The notes under the pieces are model-generated. The model did not search any database, was not told where the DNA came from, and was given only the letters and a program-made list of their open reading frames with translations. The translations under genes and the position numbers were made by a program. From the NCBI GenBank assembly GCA_049583465.1, contig JBAUVX010000405.1, positions 1 through 37,282 of the forward strand: a stretch of 37,282 nucleotides of DNA, written 5' to 3'. The DNA is from Waddliaceae bacterium (GTDB lineage: Bacteria; Chlamydiota; Chlamydiia; Chlamydiales; Waddliaceae). Numbering within the stretch: the stretch's first letter is position 1; each line of letters starts with the position of its first letter. This document shows positions 1-9,400 of this stretch, piece after piece.

Positions 1-1
1 T

Positions 2-466
2 GTTGTCCTTTCGGCCAGAAATCAAGAGCGCTTGAAGGAATATGCGCATTGCCTATTAGCATTCATTCAACATTTTTCATCACAAGAAGAAGAGCTTCAT
101 ATTGACCTTGCCGATCTTGCCTACACATTTCAAGTAGGCCGTGAAGCGATGGAAGTGCGAGTTGGAATGATTGTCCATTCAATGGAGGAGCTGGAGGCGA
201 AATTGCAGGCCTTCATTAATGAGGAAGAGGATGTTGAAGATGTCTATCTTGGACAAGTGAAAACCCATAAAAGGACTTTGGCGGTTTTTGAGGCAGACGA
301 AGATATGGCTAACACGATTGATGCCTGGATCAGCAAAAGGAAATACAACAAGCTTCTCGATTTATGGGTGAAGGGTCTTCTCTTTGATTGGGATAAGCTC
401 TATACAAACAAAACACTCAAACGTATTAGTGCGCCGACGTATCCTTTTATCAAAGAACGGTATTGG
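2..466 (+). other. C-terminal flanking (linker) subdomain of an upstream KS that lies outside the window
   Basis: LSARNQERLKEYAHCLLAFIQ ... DLAYTFQVGREAMEVRVG ... LWVKGLLFDWDKLY ... APTYPFIKERYW (Trp 464-466). The same ~170-aa element follows each of the 8 complete KS domains. Confidence 0.85.
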
Positions 467-3400
467 TTTGATACTCGGAATGTGAAAAGTAGAAGCCGAG
501 AAGAATCAGACAGCAGCAGTGATTTACATCCTTTGTTGCAGGTAAATACATCAAATTTGTTAGAACAGCGTTTCAGCTCTACCTTTACAGGCGAAGAATT
601 TTTCTTAAAAGATCACCAAGTGAATGGGGAGAAAGTGTTGCCTGGAGTGGCCTATCTTGAAATGGCGCTGGCAGCGTTCACACACGCTTGTGGAGAGTTT
701 GCTGGAGACGATCAAACAATTCAGCTTAAGAATGTCGTATGGGCAAGACCGATTATCGTGGGTGATCAACCCATTAACGTGAATATTGGACTATTTGCGC
801 AAGAGAATGGAGAGATTGCCTATGAAATTTATGTTAAGGGTTCTACTCAAACCGAGGATTGCTTGGTGCATAGTCAAGGGACAGCAACCTTTACAGCCTC
901 TAAACAGGCTCCCTCTTTAAACCTGGCTAAATTGCAGCAAACACTCAATCGACATCGTTTAAATCGCCAAGCATGCTACGAATTTTTTACAGAGATGGGA
1001 ATTAACTATGGTCCTGCACACCAGGGTCTGGAGCAAATTTACATTGGCGGTAATGAAGTACTAGCCAAATTATCTTTACCACCTTCTGTGTTAGATACCA
1101 AAGACCAATATACCCTGCATCCTAGCCTGCTAGATTCAGCTCTTCAAGCCTCAATTGGCATGGATTTGAAAGAAGGAATGCCCCCTCATATATCTAAAAC
1201 AAAACGGTTGCAGCCCTTGCTACCGTTTACACTGGAATCCCTTGACATGATTGACAGATGTAAGGAGTCAATGTGGGCGTGGATACGTTGTTCCGGCGGG
1301 TCTGAGGGAGAAGCAACAAGCAGTCAAAAATTGGATATCGATCTGTGTGATGTACAAGGTCGGGTTTGCGTGCAGATGAGAGGTTTTTCTTCTCGCGTAT
1401 TAGGAGGAGAAGCTGGTTTAGCGAAAGAGAGGACAATCTCTCTTGAAGAGACTGTAGAGGCGCCGGTGGGTCTAATCACAATGAGCCCGGTGTGGAACGC
1501 TGTTCCGCTTAAGAAGATGGAGGCTTTGTCAGACAAACTGACGAAAACGATCATTGTAGGAGGCACTCAATGGCAAAAACAAGGGATTAAAACACTCTAT
1601 CCCCATGCTAAAATTTTAGATATTGAGATCGATGGGAGTATTGATGCCATTACCCGGCAACTGGATGAACAGCGCGTGGAGCATCTTGTTTGGATGACTT
1701 CTCACTTTGATCTGCAATCCTTGGGAAGTCAAGAGATTCTTCAAAGGCAAAATCAAGGAATTTTTCTAATTTTTCACCTAGTCAAAGCATTGCTTTTTTT
1801 GGGTTATGGCACAAAAAAATTGACCTGGACAGTGATCACCACAGCTGCCCAAGCTGTCTGCAGAGATGATCAAATCAATCCTACCCATGCCGGTGTACAT
1901 GGTTTCATTGGCTCTTTAGTTAAAGAATATCCTCAGTGGAAAATCCGACTGTTAGATATGGAGGCGAAGAAGGATTGGCCTGTTCAAGAGATGCTTCGTT
2001 TACCCTATGACGCTCAAGGCAACGCATGGGCATATCGAAATCAGGAATGGTTCCGCCTGAAGTTGCTTCCTGTCGATGAATTTTCCCCACAGAAAGTGTA
2101 TGGCAAAACAGGGGGTGTCTATGTGGTGATTGGAGGTGCCGGAGGAATTGGAGGGGTCTTTAGTCAATGGATGCAGGAAAAATACCAGGCTCATATCGTC
2201 TGGATCGGACGGAGAAAAAGAGATCCCGCCATTCAAGAGAAACTGAATGCATTGTCAACAAGTGGACCCGCTCCCGCTTACATTCAGGCTGACGCTACCG
2301 ATTTATCCTCTTTACAGGAGGCTTATAGACAAATTAAGCAACAGCATCCTCACATTCATGGAGTGGTTCATTCTGCGATCGATTTATTGGATGCAAGCTT
2401 AGCAAACATGGATGAAGATCGATTCAAAGCGGGATTAAAAGCAAAAGTAGACGTCAGTGTGCATTTAGCCCGAGTATTTGCAAAAGAACCTTTGGATTTT
2501 GTCCTGTTTTTTTCTTCTATGATTTCTTTTACAAAAGGGCCCGGACAAAGCAACTACGCAGCGGGGTGCACATTTACAGATGCCTTTGGGCATCAATTGG
2601 GCAAAGATTGGCCTTGTGCTGTGAAAATCATCAATTGGGGTTATTGGGACAGTGTGGGGGTTGTGACAGATCCATTTTATCAGCAGCAAATGAAGAAAAA
2701 AGGCATTGGGTCAATTGCCCCTAAAGAGGGCATTGAAGTTTTGGAAAAGCTGCTCAACGGTCCTTTAGATCAGTTGGCTTTAATGAGAACATTAAAAGCG
2801 GATACGATGGAGAATCTTGGAGTCATGGACTCCAGCGAACGCATCACGATCTACCCACAACCCACTCTATCAACGTCGCTGAAACCTCGTGAAAGCCTTG
2901 CTGATAATCGAGAGGGGAAACTTGGTCAAACAATAAGTAGATGGCAAAGTTCCGAACTGGATCCGTTTCTTTACAAATTGCTGTTAGCCAATCTACAACC
3001 TTTTTTGAAATCCTCAGAAGCTGTACTGAGTTGTTACGATCGTTGGATGGAAGAGAGCTTTTCTGTTTTGCTAGAGAAAGGCTATATCCAAGAAAAGAAT
3101 AGAGAGCATCATTCGCCTGTAGATGAAGATCTTGATCTGAAAGAGTTGTGGAAGCAGTGGGATCGTGAAAATATTCTGTGGTGCCAGGATGCTGATAAAA
3201 AAGCTCAAGCGATGTTGGCAGAAGTCTGTTTACGAGCTTTACCTGAGATCTTGACGGGTAAGCGGCAAGCGACAGATGTGATGTTTCCCCGTTCCTCAAT
3301 GGAGCTTGTTGCAGGGATTTATACAGAAAATTCTGTCTCTGACTTATTCAATGACATTCTTGCCGACATGTTGATCCATGCTGTTCAAGAGCGAGTGGAC

Positions 3401-6400
3401 CGAGATCCATTCACTCAGATCAACATCTTAGAGATCGGTGCAGGTACAGGGGGAACAACCGGTAGACTGCTGCCTAAACTTAAGCCCTTTAAGCGATATA
3501 TTGGGGAATATTGCTACACAGACCTTTCCAAGGCGTTTTTAATGCATGCTCAAGAGCGTTATGCACCGGCAGCTCCTTATTTGACAACGCACATTTTTGA
3601 TGCCGAAAAACCGATAGCGACTCAACAGATTAAAGGAGACAACTATGATATTGTGATTGCAACAAACGTTTTGCATGCCACACGAAACATTCGTCAAACC
3701 CTGCGTCATGTAAAAGCAGCCATGCACAATGGAGGAATCCTGCTGTTAAATGAGATCAGTGAAAAGTCTTTATTTGCTCATCTGACCTTTGGTTTGCTTG
3801 AAGGTTGGTGGTTGTACGAGGATACGCCTTTACGTATTCCCGGCAATCCCGGTTTATATCCTGAGGCTTGGAAGAGAGTGTTAACAGAAGAAGGATTTAT
3901 TTCAATCTTCTTTCCTGCCAAAAAACACCATACATTGGGTCAACAAATTATTGTCGCTCAAAGTGATGGAATTGTCAGGCAGCAACAGGTGACAAACCGG
4001 AATTTTTTTCCTGAGAAAAATAAGTCTTCAAAAGTCAAAGTAGCCTCGGTTTCAACAAAGATGACCCCAGGTGTTAATCAGAACCATTTGGTTGATAAAA
4101 TTCAACAAAATTTGATGGGGATTATTTCAAAGTATATGAAATTGAGGATTGAAGATCTGGACGTTGAGACAGAGTTCAGTGAATATGGGTTTGACTCGAT
4201 CACTTTGTCCGGTTTTGCGAACATATTGAACCAACACTATCACTTGGAACTTTCCCCGACGATTTTTTTTGAGTATCCTACGATTGGTCGATTCGCAAAC
4301 TATTTGAGTGAGGCACATCTGGCAGTATTTGCTGACAAGTTTTCTATTCACTCGCAAACGCAAACTGTTGAACATTGTCAGGCAAGTATTGAAAAACCGA
4401 GACGTCTATCCCGATTTATGAGGGTACCAAAGTTGTCTGCATCGGACTCAAAAGATGCCTCTGAGCCGATCGCTATTGTGGGGGTGAGCGGTTGTTTCCC
4501 CGAAGCTTGTGATATTCATGAATTGTGGAGAAATCTTGCTGAAGGCAAGCATTGCATCCAGGAAATCCCTGCAGAGCGTTGGGATTGGCAAGCATTGTAT
4601 GGTGATCCTCAGCAAGAGACGAACAAAACCAATATCAAATGGGGCGGCTTTATCGATGGTGTTGAGGAATTTGATCCACTATTTTTTGGGATATCCCCTC
4701 GCGAAGCCGAATTAATGGATCCTCAGCAGAGGCTAATGATGACTTATATTTGGTTGGTATTGGAGGATGCCGGTTATTCGGCTTCAAGCCTTTCAGGTAG
4801 CAACACAGGGATTTTTATTGGCACGAATAGTAGTGGTTACAGCGGTCTTATCGCTGATGCCAATATGTCCCTTGGAGGCTATAGTTCAACGGGCACGGTC
4901 CCTTCGCTTGGTCCTAATCGAATGAGTTATTTTTTAGATGTTCATGGTCCTAGCGAGCCTATCGAAACAGCCTGTTCATCATCTTTAGTGGCCATTCATC
5001 GAGCGCTAGTTGCCATAGAAAGGGGCGAGTGTGATCAGGCAATTGTCGGAGGAGTGAACACAATCATCACACCAGACCATCATATTAGTTTTAATAAAGC
5101 AGGTATGCTTAGCCAAGATGGTCGCTGCAAAACTTTTTCCAAGGAGGCTAATGGTTACGTTCGAGGGGAAGGTGTAGGCATGCTCTTCTTAAAACGGCTT
5201 CAAGCAGCCAAGAAGGATGAGGATCATATTTATGGATTGATTTGCGGCAGTGCTGAGAATCATGGTGGCAGAGCGAACTCCCTGACCGCACCGAATCCCC
5301 AAGCTCAGGCGGATGTGCTTGTGAGTGCTTATAAGAAGGCAAAGATTGACCCAAGAACAGTGACTTACATTGAAGCGCATGGCACAGGTACAGCTTTGGG
5401 CGATCCAATTGAAATCAATGGGCTAAAAAGAGCATTTAAAATCTTATATCAAGAGACGAGTAACTCTCAGGTCCAGCAAACCCATTGCGGCTTAGGTTCG
5501 TTGAAGAGCAATATTGGTCATTTGGAATTGGCTGCCGGTGTTGCCGGCGTCATTAAGGTTCTTCTACAGTTTCAGCACAAAAGATTAGTGAAAAGCCTTC
5601 ATTGCCATGAAATCAATCCCTTGATTGATTTCAAAGGGAGTCCCTTCTATGTTGTTCAAGAATCACGAGAGTGGCAAGCCTTACAAGATGTTAACGGCAA
5701 ACCTCTTCCTCGCCGAGCAGGGGTTAGTTCGTTTGGATTTGGAGGCGTCAATGCCCATATTGTCCTTGAAGAATACATTCCAAAAGATGATCGACAACCA
5801 AAAGGGATCATTGTCAACTCCTCAAGCCCTGTAGTGATTCCACTTTCCGCCAAAAACTCAGAACGGTTAAGGGAGTATGCGAAACATTTACTGCAATTTA
5901 TCCAACAAAATCCTGTCGATCTTGCCAATCTTGCTTATACCCTACAGGTGGGTCGGGAAGCAATGGAAGAGCGCTTAGGGCTGATTATTTGTTCGTTAGA
6001 TGACCTGAAAAAGAAACTGCAGGCATTCATTGATGAGAAAGGAGATCTAGAAGATCTTTATCTTGGGCAAGTCAAACACAATAAAGATACCTTAGCTGTT
6101 TTTGCTGTGGATGAGGAATTGCAAAAAGCCATTAACAAGTGGATTGAGCATAGAAAGCTATCTAGCCTCCTAGCTCTTTGGGTGAAGGGTCTTATCTTTG
6201 ACTGGAACAAACTTTACGGTGACCACAAACCACAGCGGATAACCGCACCAACCTATCCTTTTGCAAAAGAGCGTTATTGGGTCGAAAGAAAACAGACAGA
6301 ATTTAGCTGTCAAGAGTTACCCAGGAATAGAACACGGCTTCATCCTTTGGTTCATCAGTACCATTTTACCGCGGTTGATAGAGAAGTGGTCGAATTCACC

Positions 6401-9400
6401 AGTATTTTTACCGGGAAAGAGTTTTTTTTGACAGATCATCGGCAAATATTGCCGGGAGTTGCGTATTTGGAAATGGCCCGTGCAGCGGGCAAGTTAGCCT
6501 TTCGGGAAGAGGTGGTTGGTTTGGCAAATATTGTGTGGCCAACACCCATTGAGGTGCATGAAAAACCACAGGAAGTCTTGCTGCGGTTGACGGCGAAAGA
6601 AGACCACTATCACTATCAAGTGATGACGTTGGATGAAACCGGAGAAACCTCCAACCCCGTGATTCATTCTCAAGGAAAATTGATATCAGAGAAAAGCAAA
6701 AAGAGAGAGGACCCTGCTTCCCTCAGTATTCAAGCCATTCAATCACGTTGTACTGCGATGATGGAAACCGAACAATTAGTGGAATATTTTCCTCAATTTT
6801 CTTGCGGTTCAAGTATGTTCCCTTTAGATTGCTTGCACTATAATCGTAAGGAAGCATTGGCAACCTTAAAGCTCCCGGCTTGTGTGGAAAAAGGGCATGA
6901 AAGCTACTTGCTGCATCCAAGCATCATGAATGGAGCTCTGACCGCGGCAGCTGCCTTATCGTTGATTCAACATCCCGCAAATCACTTTTTGTTTGCTTTC
7001 AGTCTTGAATCCCTGTGGATCTATGGAAAGTTGCCTGAAATAACGTATGCCTATGCAACGCAGAGCGCAAAAGAAGGGGCAAAACACTATGACATTGATC
7101 TGGTCGACCAACAAGGGAACATCCTTGTTTCATTGAATGGCTTTACTACGCTATCAGCTCAAACAGAGAAAAAAAGGGATGTGATCTATGCAACGCCTGT
7201 ATGGCAGACACACCCCGTGTCTGACAAGATCGAGCATGAACAAATCACCGACCCGATTTTCATTTTGACAGAGAACAATGCGGCGTTACAACAAGCATTA
7301 AATCAGCAATGGCCTGAAGCGAGGATTGAAATCCTCCCTTCTCTTGGTGGTGATTTGGCCCACCAGATTGCCGCATGTTTTCTGCAGGTTCTTAACCTGA
7401 TTCAAGCCTTGCTAAAGAAGCAACCGGACTGCAGATTGACGATCATGGTGCTGGTTCCCCAAAAAGAACAGGATGATCTGTATAGCCTCTTTGCCGGCTT
7501 ATTCAAAACAGCCAGTCTGGAGCATAGGCGAGTGTTAGGTAAAATCATTCGTTATCCAATCAAGATCGGACAAAAGATTTCACCGCTGCTCGATGCGTTA
7601 GTTGCGGAATTAGCTGATACCGGCAGCGATGTTGAAATTCGATACAATGAAAGAGATAGGCGAGAGGTTAAAAAAATCAAAGAAATTTTTCCTCTTTCCG
7701 ATGAAGCAACCATGCCTCCGCTCCGATCAGGCAGTGTCATTTGGATTACAGGGGGACTGGGTGGCTTAGGACAAATCTTTGCAAAACATCTTGGCTCTAG
7801 GACAGGTGTGACAATCATTCTGAGTGGACGTTCTCCATTGGATGCAAGCAAAGAAGCGATTCTGAAGGCGTTCCGAAAACAAGGGATTGATGTGATTTAT
7901 CGGCAAAATGATCTTAGCAATTCCAAAGCTGTTAAACGATTGATCGAGTCCATTCAAAAGCAATATGGATCATTAACGGGCATCCTTCATGCCGCAGGGG
8001 TGGCAGAGGATGCCTATATCCTTAAAAAAACACCAGACCAGGTCCGGGAAGTATTAAGTCCAAAGATTGCAGGGACCTTAGCAATTGAAGAGGCGACAAG
8101 GGGAATTAAGCTCGATTTTATGGTGTTATTTTCCTCTCTTGCAGCCTATGGCAATGCAGGCCAAGCGGACTACGCTGCAGCCAATGCATTTATGGATGCC
8201 TTCGCAACCTATCGAAATCAACAGGTTAGACAAGGAAAATGTCATGGGAAGACAGTCTCATTGAATTGGCCGTTATGGAAAGAAGGGGGCATGCGACCAG
8301 GGGCCGAAACTGAAAAACTGATCGAGCAAACGATGGGGATGGTTGCCATGGATAGCCAAATAGGGATTAATGCCTGCGGTTTTGCATTGAGCACCGAATA
8401 TGAACAAATTTTGGTTGCTCAAGGCCAGGGTGATAAAATCCGTTCGTGGTTATTCTCCTCCCAGTACGAAGGACAAGCCACCTCCGGTAGAGCTCAGAGA
8501 GTGACAAGAGAGAGTAACGATGACTGCCTATACGAATCAGTCCAACAAGAACTCATCAAGTTGGTCTCCACTCTACAAAAGATACAGTCGGAGCAGCTTA
8601 ATATGGAAACCGAACTCTCGCAGTATGGATTTGATTCCATTAGCTTTACAGAATTGACGAATCTACTGAACCAGGTTTATGGCTTGGAACTGATGCCCAC
8701 GATATTTTTTGAGCATTCCACATTGAAATCGTTGGGTAACTATTTAGTTGAACACCATTTAGACGATTTAAAACGGCCTATTGCTCGAGATTTAGTGCTT
8801 CAAACAGAAGATAGCCAAGACTTACATGTTAAACATAGTCGCTTTGTTGGTCGGCAAAAAAACAATAAACCTTCAGAAATCGATCAACCGGAACCCATTG
8901 CGATTATCGGCATGAGTGGTCGATTTCCCGGTTCTGAGAATTTGCAGGCATTTTGGCAGCACTTGGTATCTAATCACGATTTGATCAGTGAAATCCCCAA
9001 GTCCCGTTGGGATTGGCGGACCTATTATGGAGATCCTCTTCAAGAGAAAGGGAAAACCAAAGTCAAATGGGGAGGTTTTATTGAAGATATCGATAAGTTT
9101 GATCCCTTGTTTTTTAACATATCGCCTAGAGAAGCAGAGGCCATGGACCCTCAATGCCGCCTCTTTTTAGAAACGGCTTGGGCAACAATCGAAGATGCAG
9201 GATATCGAGCAAGTTCCTTGTCCGGGAGTAAGACAGGTGTGTTTGTGGGTGTGTCAACAGCAGATTATAGAGAGCTGACACAGCAAACAGAGAGAGAAAT
9301 CAGTCAGCAATCCATGGGCACATTTCACTTCATATTGGCTAACCGTGTTTCTTATCTACTGGATTTTCATGGTCCTAGCGAAGCAATAGATACTGCGTGC

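Noticed and set aside
32-34. TTG at 32 given by the track as the start (M) of the 3,865-aa ORF
   Set aside because: The phase is open from nt 2. The upstream residues (VVLSARNQER) continue a KS-flanking subdomain identical in type to those after every KS, so the gene starts upstream of the window.
2844-3299. 151-aa minus-strand track ORF, with the similar 30759..31217 (152 aa) and 25997..26365 (122 aa)
   Set aside because: All are entirely antisense to strongly supported PKS domains (cMT1, KS7, ACP6). They have no recognisable motifs and a low-complexity composition. They are shadow ORFs of a long coding frame.
6422-6429. T8 homopolymer inside DH2, and similar A7/T7 runs near 1794-1820; considered as slipped-strand phase-variation sites
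   Set aside because: All are in-frame in the present sequence (encoding Phe/Lys runs) and the ORF is intact. They are worth noting only as possible indel-error hotspots in assemblies.
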